A DNA stretch of 64,000 bases from Lingula anatina (lineage: Eukaryota; Animalia; Brachiopoda): NCBI GenBank assembly GCA_051362555.1, contig CM120640.1, positions 18,042,001 to 18,106,000 of the forward strand, read 5' to 3'. The notes under the pieces were generated by a model, which had not been told where the DNA came from, made no database searches, and worked only from the letters and a program-made list of their open reading frames with translations. Positions 38,938 through 52,322 of this stretch are shown here, piece by piece. Every line of letters begins with the position of its first letter. Positions within the stretch are counted from its first letter, which is position 1. The position numbers and the translations under genes are program-made.

Positions 38938-40295
38938 ACAATAAAAAAGATGTTACATATTATGGAAAAGTGTTACCTGCATGAGAATCTCCGCATGCAC
39001 CATAAACAATCACAAAGTTCTGTTAATTTCCACATATGTGTGTTATGAGAAAGTTCTGTACTCATTCAGGATAAGTAAGCAAAGTTTAAGGATCATGGAA
39101 AATGCCATCATGCTGGTGACAGTGATTATTTGTTACTTACTTATGCCATAGTAACTAACAAGGTCATATTATATGCATAATTTTAACAATTTCCAACAGT
39201 GTTTAACAGTATTTGAGTTTATCCTCTTATTTCAAGGATATTTTTTCCAGAAATAGAAGGGTTTTATTTGTACATGTATTTTATTGAAGTTTTACTTAGT
39301 ATTGAAATGTTATTATTTTTTGTAGAAAGATATATTCAGCATGCACATCAAAAATTTGGTTTAGCAGCTTAATTATGTATTGACCAGACATCACATGCAC
39401 GCATGCATTGCAGACACATTGAAATACCTAACACAACTCCTCATTTTTTCAATAGGTATTAATCACACTTTGCTTTGGTGCTGGTTTCTTTGGTTTTGGT
39501 GCACATGTGATTTTCTTTCCTAAAAATGGATCTTGTATTTCAGCTTTTCTAGTTTAATCTAGATTCCAAGATTCGCATTTGTTAATGTTATGCTTGCCTG
39601 TTTTAGTTGTTAACTAAGGACATAGAATTCATTTTTGAAGGAATTTATTTTATCACTGAAGACACCTAAAGGACAATTTTGAAACAAAGTTTGAAAGAGA
39701 GTGACTCCATTTTGTTGAAGGATTGTTGAGAAAGGGGAACTTTGTGAGCTGATTTCCTTTCGGCTGTAAAGTGTTGTAAAGGCTGAATCAAATGCTGCTG
39801 TTCCAAAGAAGAACATTGTAATGTTACCATTTTTGGTATATGAGGTTCCTGCTTGTCCAGTTTTGATTTTATTACGTTCCATGAAACAATTAGAGTTTTT
39901 CCCAAACAACAACTTATTTGTGTGTTACTAACTGATGAAAAACAATTGCTGAGATTTTTAAAATTTATTGAATGATGGATTTTATTGTTGAATCGATTTA
40001 GATTGTCGTTATGGTAAAATGTCAACAATATTTAATATTGTAAACAAATAAATTGTCAATGTACATATTTGTTCGTTCATTTGTGCTTCTTTCAATTGTA
40101 TAGTAAATTTCACAGTGTAATACTGTAAAAATTCTGAAGTGTGATAGAAATTCTATCACATCCAGCACACTGGCACACCTGATGCAATGCAGGGTCCAAC
40201 TGTACATAATATGGAGATTGGAAGTTTACTTGGAAAGAGCCTTGGAAACAGCTACGGTTTTATTAACCTGGAAGTTGCACTGTTCACGTCGTCTG

Positions 40296-43200
40296 CTACG
40301 ATGTGTAACTTCGGCTGTGTAACCTGGAAGGCGCTCTGTAAAGATCGTCATTTGTCAGGGACATGGTCATCACTGACACAGCGGGGGTATTGTGTGCAGG
40401 CGCAGGGCTGGGAACTGTAGGAGTAATTCCAGCATTTGTGCCTACCCTTGTAGAGTTACGGGACAAAAGATCGAATGTTAATTTGCGACGTCTACTCGGA
40501 ATTCTAGGCTCCTTTGTCGAATAGACGGTGGGAGATCGTTCCACTTTCTGGAATGCTGGCGTTTCACTGCCAGAACGTCTCTGTTTCTTCTCTGTTTCGA
40601 TCATGGACATTTGGGACATAGTATCAGTCGTTCTTTCTGTTTCTATCCCCTCTGCTTTGCTCTTGCTCCTTTTGTGCTTTTTCTGTCGTTTGCCAGATTC
40701 CTTTGGTTCTATTTCCCGAACTGGTGTCGTTGTAGGCAAGGTGAAACGTGTTGTAGGAGCCCGAACGTCATTTAGATCTGGTTCTTCCGTATCAAGGATT
40801 GACTTATGGTATTCTTTCAACTTTTTCTCTTGCTGCTTGACCCTAATCTGTTCTAGTTTCTCCTTCCTGACTTGGTTTTTCATGCCTCTTGAAAGCTCGC
40901 TAAAATTTGTTGAAAATAATTTCGTTATTGCTAGCACCCGCTCAATAAATCAATTTATATAACAGTAGCAATGCCATTAAAAAGAATACAGCGATGAACA
41001 ATAACAATAAATAAATCTCTTGGTTTATTACAGAAGTCCGAGTCACAACCCGTCTCTTTTAAAAATGACTCCGAATACTGATGTTCGTAGATATCTACTT
41101 ACGTGGCGTTGACACCTCCTTGCTTTGACTCCGACACCAGAGCTAAGACCTCCTCCAAGTCGCCTTTATACAGACCCATGTCAGCGTTCTGAAATAGTGT
41201 ATTCGACACTATAGGCCCTAATTTTTTTCCTCGATTTTCGGATATTTTTCGATATTGAATTATGAACTTAATGGGAACTCCCGTCTACATCAGTAGACCT
41301 GTACATGACAGTCTGCGATGTATTAACGTATGTTTTGTATCTCTCTCAGAACTATTTACAGTTTTGAGCATCACAAAAACGAAAAGTTTGCTTACAGCGT
41401 GATTGTTCCCTTCTTCCAAATACGTGACTGCTTAACATGAGGCGCTACTAGTACATAGTAAATAGTTCATAGACTTCACAAACTAAGCTATTCCTTGGGG
41501 TTGAAAATAGAGGTCTTTAAAGTGTAAGTCAGTATGACATTTTAAAACTATATAGAGCAAATACTAGAAAATTGTGTACGTCGCAAAAAGGTACTTTTGC
41601 GCAAAACTCACACGACCGAATTTCAGAAAAGCTATCAACTGTTTCCTGATAGACGAAGCAACTTACTTTGAGTCTCTGTCTGAACGACTCTTTGTTCATG
41701 TTGTACATTTTCTCCTTGTCCATACTTCGGAATAGCTCCAAAGGTCGCAGGTTCATGGACTGCATATGTACAATCACCTTTCGCATTGGATCCACTGCGG
41801 CGTCTAAAATCGGAATAAAGCGCTGGGTATCAAACTTTTTAACGACCTAAAACTCAAAATTCAAAGCGCTTTCGAAAATAAATTTATTTCACAATAACAT
41901 TAACTTACATTTCTGCGTAACATTGTTAAAATCGACAGAAGGCCTATTGCATCAGATACATCATTACGGTGACTTTACACGATTCAGTATATTGGTCTTT
42001 GGTGTTAGACTGCTGATTAACTGATTTTGATGGGTGTGGTGTAAGAGTGCTACTTTGTGTTCGTTGCAACAGATAGCTGTTTGTTTTTCCGAAATAGGCT
42101 ATATCTCATCTTTCTTGAACGGCCAGTAGGCCTACAGGTAATAACAAGCTGCATGCAATGAATAGTTCTTATAAGTAAAAATAGTCCTGTAATTAACCAG
42201 ACGTAGGATGTAAGTCCCACCGATCTTAAAATGGGCAAACCCATGCTAGGTCCTATTATGAACAAGTTGCTTTGTCTAACTTAGCCTAGAAGACGCTCTT
42301 GGGCCGTAGCATAGTCACGTGGTCAAACTGAAGTGCTGCCACGTGTTTTCAAATGCCACTGGAGTGTATTTTAGCCACTTTTCTGAAGAATGCTTTACGA
42401 GTCCTTACTCGGTTTCCGTCCTATAGCATCATGATTGGACACTGTTCCTCCGTGTGTGTATTTGAACTGCCTAGACTGCTGTATTGCACCAGCCATAAAC
42501 TCGAATTCTCCCAAAACCGGAACGCCCTGAAAAAATGCCATAATTAGATGTCAGGGACTTTACTGTAATAATTTGATTGGTCCTAGCTCAAAACTGTGTA
42601 TACCCTAGCCGCATAAAACATACATAAATCAGGGGTTTGGTGCGTAGATAATATTGAAAATAATAAACAAAACTTTATTTATCAATCTTTTTTTCTTTTT
42701 CTTTTTCAATATAAAGTTTACTTACGCTCATATCCAATTCCTTTATTGCGCTGCACGTGCAGCTAACGCTCTCTATAATGTTTTGGGCCCCGTTTGTTGT
42801 CAGTGGATTCATTCCAATCTGAAACGATGAGGGCGACATGCAAACCAATACATTTTTGTCGTGATGTCTAGAGAACGCTGCTATAAACGCTCCTAAAGAT
42901 TTTACAGTATATTCGTTCTTGCACTTTTTATTTATTTATTTATTTATTTATCTTTACCAAAAGAAAATTTCATAAATTTTCTCAATTCGCATTTCAAATT
43001 GCCAGGTCAGAAGTAAAACATTGGAAGCATCGTAAGTTGTTCAAGCAAGTCTTTCTTTCGAACCTTGAGCACTTCGAGTGTTGAATTTCGCCGCAGACCG
43101 TTCGCAATGAATTCCGCTGCACGGTGTGAGATGCGATTGTTGCTGATATTTAGTTCCTTCAGCCAGCGGTTTCTCTTTAGGACTTGCCCTAAGGCAAGAG

Positions 43201-46006
43201 AACCTTCGTACCCGAGACCGTTCCATGATAAATCCAAGTAAACCAAAGTCTTATTTTTCTGCAATGGATTTGATGAATTACAAAATTATATATATATAAA
43301 ACAAATTATATATATATAAAACAAAATAAAGTAAAATTAAATACAACTAAACACCGCGATCCTAATGTTTTTTATTTATTTATTTAAAAAGTTATTTATT
43401 GATATTTATTTTATTTATTTTTTGGTGGGGGGATTATAAAAGTCGATTTTCTCAGATTAAGCAAGTCTGAAAATAAGATGTGGCATTCAGAAATAAATAT
43501 GTATGTTGGAAATAAAGTTTACTTTGTACGCACGTAATCCAAGACAAATACTTCAGGCCGAGCCAAATAAAAATCATTTAACTGTAAAAGATAAATCGAA
43601 ATGCCTACTACATTAAGAAAAATTTTTAATGATTTTGCGATACATATACTATCTATAAATTAGTTCCACGAGAACATTCTAGATATAAGAGTGGTTCTGT
43701 TTCCCAGACCCGATACTTACTTGTAACGCTCTGCAAATAGACACTGCTCCTCTGCGGCGGATATGGTTCCAACTAAGATTGAGCCGCTCGATCGATCGAT
43801 TCTCTCCTGATGATAAAATGGATCACATTAATATTAGAACGACATGAAAACCGATCAATAAATACAAAATGTACTTCTCAAAAGCACCACGTCAAACTAT
43901 TGACTGTACGCCATAATCAAATGTAGTTGATATTACCGCTTGCTATCATCTGAATTCTTGGGTGGCCTTACCAAGAGCTTTCCCAATGTACTGTGCCCCC
44001 TTTTCCTGGAAGTGATTGTTACTGAGGTCCAGCTCGGTGATCTGGTCATTACCCTGCGTGACGTACAAACAATCCGTTTATTAGGCTCATTAATTACGAT
44101 AGGTAAACACTGATTATTTGTATTAAGCTATACAAAATCGATATGTTGACTTTACTTGACAATATTGTTACCCGCGCATTGATTTCCTGTTACAACAACA
44201 GCAACCCGCCACATGGAGTTTATAATAAATCACTTCAAATTAGCTATAAGCGATGGGACTATGACATCCTTACCTCTATCCCTAGTGCGAAGTACTTGGC
44301 ATCTTCTTCTGTAAAGTTGTTATCTGTAATAATGAAATTGATATAAGGCTTTGCGGTTTTTTATTAACCTCGATATTTTTTGACGTATATAATAATGAAT
44401 TCGAAACTGATATAAGGCTTTGCGGGTTTTATTAGGCCCGATATTATTTGGCGTATATTTTTACACCCTCGTACATAAGTCAGAATTCATTCAGTTAACA
44501 TAAAACCATTCCATTTACTTATTAAGAAACAATGTCTATTCTCTTTACTCGACTTTTTCGTAACCCCCCTCCCCCCCCCTCCCCCTCTGTCTCTTTCTCT
44601 CTCAACTGGCGATTGTCTTACCTGACAGATTCAGGTGTTTGATCTCCATATTCCGTTTCATCACCTCTGATAATGGGACAGAAGCACGGATGGTGGGGTG
44701 TGCAGCTCCCATGTTATTCTTGGCCAGATTCTGATGGCAGGCAGACAAAAAAATGAAGACATTATTGTTGCGTTGTCTTAAACATTAGATAGTGCTTCAT
44801 TTGAAACATATGAAAAGCAATAAAACGGTAACATCGTTTAGATGGTAAGTTGGTAACTTTATAATTTTGGAATCCTCTCTAACAAGAACCGGTTTCTTAG
44901 GGAAATTACAATAGCGAAATCATAAATAAATGAAAAAAAAAATAGCACTCAACTGGTAGTACTACAACTCCATACTCACCACATGTGTGATAAACTGGTT
45001 GTAGACCAACACCTGGGACATTACTAACGCACCAGGTGCTTCAAGTTTGTTGCCTTCCAAATCTAAATGGACTATTGTGGTGTTTATCTAAAAAATGAGA
45101 ACAATATGGCATATATATGTTTTAGGTTTCAATCTTTTACACTCTAAATTCTTATTAGAGGGGCTACTAAATGTCAATTTATATTGTAATAACATTCAAA
45201 AGACGCCATTATTTTATACTCTGCACTCTTAGTAGAGTAGCCACGACCAGTAAGTGCCACTATGTAATTTTTTTTAGTAATAATGGCCACGGGCTATATA
45301 ACTTCTCCTTTACTTTCTAATCTTGCTGATTTAAATCAAGTAGTTGACACTGTCATGTTAACATACAGTTATCTTCTGTGTTAAACAGATTGAAAAAAAA
45401 AAAAAAGAAACGGGGACCTACATCGTTCTGTTTCGACAACCAGAAAAGTCGAATGAGCATTTTACTACATATTCTATGATGAATAAAATTTGCGATTTAC
45501 CTCAAAATGTAAGAATCACTGAGATTCATAATGCAAAAAATAATACCTCTAGTGCTGCGGCGAGGGCTTCGGCGGCCTCAATTCCCATAGCTCGGTGTCG
45601 TAATTTCATTATATCTTTATTGAGGTACTTCAGTATTGCCGTCATGGGAATTAGCTGTCGCTTGCGACACTCAGAACGGTAGATGTTAGCGCCAATGCTA
45701 TTCTCCTCTACCACCGGGGCCACGGCTATGAAAAATGGAAACAAAAATTAATTTTTTGAAATAGTGTGTGTGTGTGTGAGTGTGTGTGTGTGTGAAAGTC
45801 AGTTAGAGAGAAATAGAGAGAGGGGAAGAGAGAAAAAAGAGAGAAAAAGAGAGAAAAAATGTCTGATTAATATCAGAACTTAAGAATTTACTTTTTATTT
45901 CAAGATCGACATCCTCAAGATCCGTGTCATATTTGTCGCTGTCGTAGAAGGAGTTGGTCGCATTACGCTCTAGATGTGGGATGCTTTCCAAAGCAGGAGC
46001 CGCCAT
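40296..46006 (-). CDS. Leucine-rich repeat protein, LRRC74A/B-like (RI-like LRRs, C-terminal EF-hand-like segment, long basic/Ser-Thr tail), 13 coding exons, 653 aa
   Basis: Exons (minus): 46006-45892, 45725-45547, 45087-44980, 44730-44622, 44323-44274, 44053-43972, 43806-43721, 43258-43064, 42818-42726, 42526-42409, 41803-41667, 41188-41103, 40899-40296. All GT-AG; total 1962 nt. LRRs: VHLDLEGNKL, HLNLSDNNF, ELDLSNNHF, RLNLSWNHI, YLDLSWNGLG, ELNISNNRI. The N-terminal YDTDLE and the LRPLELFRSMDK segment resemble LRRC74-family proteins (family call from recall, not searched). Confidence 0.88.
44335..44459. repeat. Two-copy tandem duplication, about 69-bp unit
   Basis: GAAA(T/C)TGATATAAGGCTTTGCGG...CGATATT...CGTATAT occurs twice in succession. 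Confidence 0.8.
45764..45794 (+). repeat. (TG)n microsatellite
   Basis: Read directly. Confidence 0.9.
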
Positions 46007-46648
46007 TTTGCACCTAAAATAAAGATAAAAATAAATTGAAAAAAGAAGGTAAATTCTATTAATACAATCTTACGGTATCCGTAAAAATTGTAAAAATAAA
46101 TACGTTAACTCCTCTTTCTGAATCTTGCTACTTGAAGCATTTCTTCAAGAACGCAGACGGCGACAAAAACCTACACTTCGTTGCGTGAAACTCTTTTGTA
46201 AAAAGTCTTTAAGATAACGGATCTTTATATCAGATGTCACATGACAAGACAATATCTGATTTGCATGTTGTCTAAAAAGGATATAACTAATGAAATACTT
46301 AAAAGTTTTGTCCACATACCTCCGACCTGCTGTGAAATCGCCGCCTAAGTAAACTGGAAGTTGTTTTCATAGTGTGGCAACAGTGAATGCCGTCGCCCCT
46401 TCTGATTATTCAATATCATCCGAATTTACAATTCGGACCTACATTCCGATATCGGACATCGATATTCCTTCACAAATCTATTTCGGTCTTAAATCGGAAA
46501 TCGAAAAACCCACAGTAGTTGGAAATTTAGTTCCAATGTATTCGACGTTTAGCGACGTAGGTTATAGAGTTAGTTATATACATGTCGCAGTTACAATTTA
46601 CATTGACTGATAAAAAAAACTCTCAAGCATAAAGATAACGATACGATA

Positions 46649-46650
<2 letters not shown>

Positions 46651-46683
<33 letters not shown>
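46651..46683 (+). repeat. (AG)n microsatellite
   Basis: Read directly. Confidence 0.9.
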
Positions 46684-47739
46684 TGCGATGGGGGTGGGGG
46701 TGGTGAGGGAGACGTAGGCCTACCGACGTTCAACAAAGTTCAGTTTAAATATTTTATAATTAATATTACTTAGATATGGCATACATAAAGTATGCACAAT
46801 TTTTAAGTTGCAATAGATAAATATTTTTTTAAAATCCACAAAGATATGAGATCACGCCCGGGGCTTATGATGAATTTTTGAGACGACAGAAACTGAAAAA
46901 GAAAAAATAATTGCAAAATTTAGGTACAATAGTTTGAATAAAAGATGAAGGTGGGGTTGAAATCGGGCATTAGAAATATATAAGAGTGCGATCAAATTTG
47001 GTTTCATAGAGCATTTGGTGCCGCTAACGCCCATATTCCTTTATGCCTACATAATAGCATTTTACATAGTTACCATTGTGAATGAAGTATATGAGCTGTT
47101 GTGCTGGTACCAGGGATGCCTTAACTGAAACGACGCAAATAAAAAAGAATAAAAGATCTGTCACAGCGGTCTTTTGTAAAGGTCTTTATTGAGAAAAAAG
47201 ACCCCAGAAGCTGATGTAACATGATGACTGCAACGCACTGGAAAACATCTAAATTCAATTAATAGATTTTGATTCGAGATATATTATGACAATGAAAAAT
47301 AAACTGCATTCTTACAGTATGTCTACATTGATCTGTTTTTTTGGGCGTTGTTCAAATAGTGGTAGTTAAAAAGTAACAAGATCTATATTTAATTTTATCG
47401 ATACTTACATCTTTCTACAATTGACCGTATTGTATTCTAAGCAATAATATTTTTGATTACCAACTTTCTAACGTAACATAAAAAGTCTAGAACATCATTT
47501 CATTTAAAAAGTATTTTAGATAAATCGACCTTTATTTCCCTTTTCAAGCGTGCTTATGTATTGTTCTGAAAAAAGAAGAGAAAGAAGCCCAGAAAATCGT
47601 CTTGGCTACCTGAATTTGAGGAGTCAAAAAAGAAAAAAAAGAAAGGACAAATGAAGCTATCCTCAATGTGCTAAGACTGAGCAGGCCTCGAGTCCCATAT
47701 GCTCTGTTTTCATGTGTTATTTTTATTAGTTCGTGCTGG

Positions 47740-48007
47740 ATCTCTCAGATGTCGCCACTTACCGCCAGGGAATCCCGCGAGAATTTCGAACGAGATGTAT
47801 GCGCCGCAACCTTGCGCAGTGGTGCGGTAGAGTAAGCTAGCCTGCTAGATTCGTTGTGAACTTTTCACTTCAACAAGGATTTACAGACGATGCGAATTAC
47901 AAAAGCTATGAAACAATGACAGGCATATCGGCTGATGTACATTTGACATATATGTACCCAATATTAGCTGAATTATGCTCTTGATCTGGATTTGACAAAC
48001 TTTAAAG
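47740..48007 (+). promoter_or_regulatory. CpG-rich promoter and putative first non-coding exon (donor AAAG|GTAAGC at 48007/48008), likely of the STK33-like gene or another plus-strand transcript
   Basis: Local CpG cluster including TCCCGCGAGA, a strong donor, and CpG-poor sequence immediately downstream. The first kinase coding exon has its own acceptor at 59485, so it needs an upstream exon. Confidence 0.5.
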
Positions 48008-51000
48008 GTAAGCAGGCTCACTTGACAACAACCACGCCAACTGGCTCCCCGTTTAGATAGTAGGGTAAGCTCTAAACGTCTGGTTCATACTTATCTTTAT
48101 TGTCTGACGCAGGGCTGTCAAAATTAATACTGTCCCATTTTAGCATCATAACATCATTAAGTTATTCTAAAGATAAAACTACATTGGGCATAATGGCTTA
48201 AAACAGAAGCGGTATATTTGCACTTTTACTGGTACAGTGGCAGAGGCAGAGCCTAATTTTCAAGTGAAATTTGTAGTGTGTAAAAAAAACCTAAAAATAA
48301 AAAATAATTCAATGATTTAATAAAATTAAGAAAATAAATAATACCGAAAATGTGGATATTTAATGCCATGTGTTTAAATGAAAATGTATTATTTTCATTC
48401 AGGTAGCCCTGAGCAAAATGCATAAATGCACCCATTCCAGCTCCTGAGAATTAAAATAAGCAAAAGATCTGTGCTGAAACTACAGGTTAAATTCAGCTTT
48501 CAATGCATGATGTTATTCCATATACAAATGTAGTTAATTTACCACTAAATTATTGTGGTGTCGTGAATGCTTAATCTACCAGTAAGTAATGATATTTGAA
48601 CACATTTAGATTAAGTAAAATAGAGCAATCAAGCATCTTAAAACAAATGCCTTGTGACATAAAAATAACTGGATATAATTTTTAACAGATCCAGTAAATG
48701 CATTTAACAACATGCATGCATGATTAAGTGTAAAATATCAATGGTTTTCTCTGTAAATGCTTCTTTGGTGAGGGGAGTTTACAAATTGAATCATGTCAAC
48801 AGGTTTAAGCCTGGTTATCACCCAGAGGAGAGAGTGAGTCAAAACAAGACCCTAAGGATAAGGTCAGGGCCTCCCTTTACCTTTCCATACCTTAAAGCAA
48901 CATAAATTGATAAACCCATTGCTCCTTGCTGTCCTTGCCTAAAATCAATTGCATTATGGCAGCAGACATTGATTATTATTGTAAAATGTTTATAACATCA
49001 ATCATTTCTCAATAATGAAAATATGAAGGGCATGTACCTTTGATTAGGCTTAGATCTAACCAGAATATTAGCATGTGTGTTATAGTCAATTGTCTTTCAA
49101 GAATAATTTTTAGCTTTTAAGTTGTAAAAGAATTGGAAAGCAAGCTTTCATCTTGTTCACGATCTATATTCAATTATCTGATAGAAAGCCTAGTGGAGGC
49201 AAAATCACACGAATGTGTATCAGGGGAAGGTAAGATATTGGTACCTCATTAATGACATGTTTATCAATACTTTTAAGTTACATGTATGTCTTTATTCTGC
49301 TGATTTATGATGTAATGTCATTGATTACAAACAGACTACCGCTGTTAATTATCTTTTCAAAACACTACTTATTTAGATTAAAGAAAAAACATATGAGGTA
49401 AGAATTATCACACTTGCAATGCATTTATATCTTGTTGTATTATTTACTGTTAACTCCCTTTAAAATATACCTCTGTATACACACATGTGTAAACCAGCTA
49501 TTGCATTAAGTCATGTGGATACAGGTTTTGTATTTCTTCCCTAAGTGACTGCCTGTGTCACACAGTATAAAGTTCCTGTTCAAAGTCCTGTTACAGTTAT
49601 GAAGGCAACATTCCTTCTGGTATCATAGAAACTGGAAATCCCTTTGTAACCCTGGTTTATTCACTTAAGCTTCTTGCAAACCAAGCTTATAGCGCGATCC
49701 TGGTTCACTAGCCATGGAACATGGTTATATTTGAGAAGGCAATTTATGTGGTCTCACCTCTCATTCATTCATTGCTACTGTCAGTTTTAAGTTCCCACAT
49801 TAAGTGGTGGAGAGAAAAATGGCAAAATGAGAATGTAATTTGTAGGTGAAGAGGTGGGTGACAGAAAAATTACCAGCTTTTGCCATAACATCTAGACTTA
49901 TGGTGGTGCTTTTGTGATAAGGAAAATTGTTCTTGTATAAGAACAAGTGTGTTTTTTCATGTTTAGAAATTGATACATTTATTGCCATGGTTAAATTTGA
50001 CACTTTTAGTCAGGATCTTTGTGCCTGCATAAAGGAATATATGTTGTTGCCAACACCAATTACAGAAAGGCACTACTTGGCACTTTGGGGAGCAACCGTA
50101 CAGTAGTCTTCACTTTGTAAGTACTACAATTGTTATGATAAAGATGCAACATTGAGTGAGAAAACCTGCTTCAGAGGTGGATGTAGAAGCACAAGTTTAT
50201 CTTGTTAACGAGTTAATATATTTCCAAGTCTGTGTTCTCAGTCAAGCGGGTCAGTTGACGTAAAAGCCTGTTGTTGTAGTTTGTTTGCCCCTTCCAGGTA
50301 GGCAGGAGGAGGTTGTTTATGCAATACAGCCCTCTTTTCTTCTTGCTTACAGCACCACTGTTTGATCACAATATTGGTAGGCCCAAGCAATTGCACAAAA
50401 GCTTCCATTCCATTATGTGGCGCTGTTGATGTAAAGTGAAGGTTGATCTACACCTGACCCTGTATAGGGCTCCTATGCTACAGCAGTTAGTTCAATTGGG
50501 GTCTTTCTATGTTGCTTTTTAAAAAGGGATGTATTTTTATTACCCAACTACATAAAGTCAATGAACCCACAGCTGGAGTTTCTGCTTGAGGCAGAACCAA
50601 TCTATACTACTTTCGTAGAACTTGTTAAATGAGTTATTGATGATGGTCATCATGTGTAATTACTATGTTTTGTTGAATTGCCTGTTTCTATTGATTCTTA
50701 ACCTCCTTGTTTTTGTTAAAATAGGTGTCTAGACAATGTCCTCAAAAGGAGATTGCAGAATAAGTTCAATCATACTTAACACATAATAGTTAGTGTAGTA
50801 CTATTGGTATGATATGTTGACATGTGGATTGTAATAACTAATCCTAGCCATGTATGTTGACAACCTGCCCTTTTGGTGATCAGAAAGTACTTCAACTATA
50901 CTTTTTTATTTACTTTATGAGTGTGACAACCACTTAAATTGGTTCAACTCAATATATGTCTATGCACAGTTTTAGGCAAATATAAATAAAGTGGGTAAAA

Positions 51001-52322
51001 AAAATCAGTGTCTTATATGTTATAACATTTTCAATGCTGCGTTTTCTAGTGATGGTATATGGGATCTACGGCCTCAAATAGGGTTAACTAAATCAAAAAA
51101 AAAAGTAAATAGAAGTGTCACAGTGTAGTTTGAAAATCAAACTAGCTAAAGTATGATAGACTTCCAATTACCAAATTTGACCTCTTCTGTCTTTCAACAT
51201 TCTGTGTTTAACCTAAAAAAAGTGTTACAGTGACCAGAGCATAACATCATGCACAACCCTGCAATTTGTTGTAAAAAAAAGTGCCTGTGGTGTGATTTCT
51301 TGGCACATGAAGCATGTTAGGTGCATTAAACCATTCACAAATGTCTGCAGTTGTGGTAGGAACCACGTTCAATTTCCTGACTAGGTCCAACGCTGACAGG
51401 CCGTGTTCATGCAGTCAGCATTAACCGGAGACAAATCTGACGTGTGGAATCCGATAAAAGCGCAGAATTAAATTTGATTTTGATTCATGAAATTACATGG
51501 GCAGATTATGGTGGAGATAGATGGATGTAGAATTAATAGTGTGTAACCTCAAACTGGCAGGTGTAGCAGTAACTGTATGAAATAGAGGGTCAGGGATACA
51601 TGTACAAAAGAGACACATTTTCCAGATAACATTTTTTTACTTCTGTTGCTATAAATTCCAGCAGAATCAATGCATTTAATGCATAACAGGAACTTTTTTT
51701 AAAAAAGGCAACTGACTGGAAGAACTTACACTGAGAGCTTCTCCTGTAAAGTAACACTTATAAAAATGTACTATTGATTAACTACATTGTACAACTGTGT
51801 TTATCAATAAAACATGCTTTGTTATGTATCCTCAAATCTTTGAAACAAAGAATGTAAATTTGCATAGAAGTAACACTTGAAACATCAATTGGCATGTAAA
51901 GTACGTCAGGCTTCTGTAATGAATGTTTTTGAATATTTACAAATTAGTATCTTTTGAATAAATTTCTACCATGCTGTTTGTTTTCAGTCAAATCAGTCTA
52001 GGAGAGTAATTATTGTCAAGTTTTACTGTAAGGTGTGTACTTTTCTATACTTTTCTATTCATTATAATGTGAAAACGGATAATTTTACTAGTTTTCCTTT
52101 ACCTTCACTCTCTATTGCAAGCATTTTTTTCTTGTCATGGAAAGATGGATGCTTTCACCTTGAGTTTCGTAGGTCAATGGAACTTGTTTTTTGGTCTGAA
52201 CTGTTTATAAGGATAGATATATTCCATTGTTAGAAAAAAGTTGAACCAAAGGTTTATACCTATTTTAAGGGACTTTGAAATTAGGGTTTTTGGGGCAGCT
52301 GAATTTAAAGCACATACAATTA

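Noticed and set aside
40528-40962. 144-aa plus-strand hydrophobic ORF
   Set aside because: Antisense shadow of the last exon of the LRR gene.
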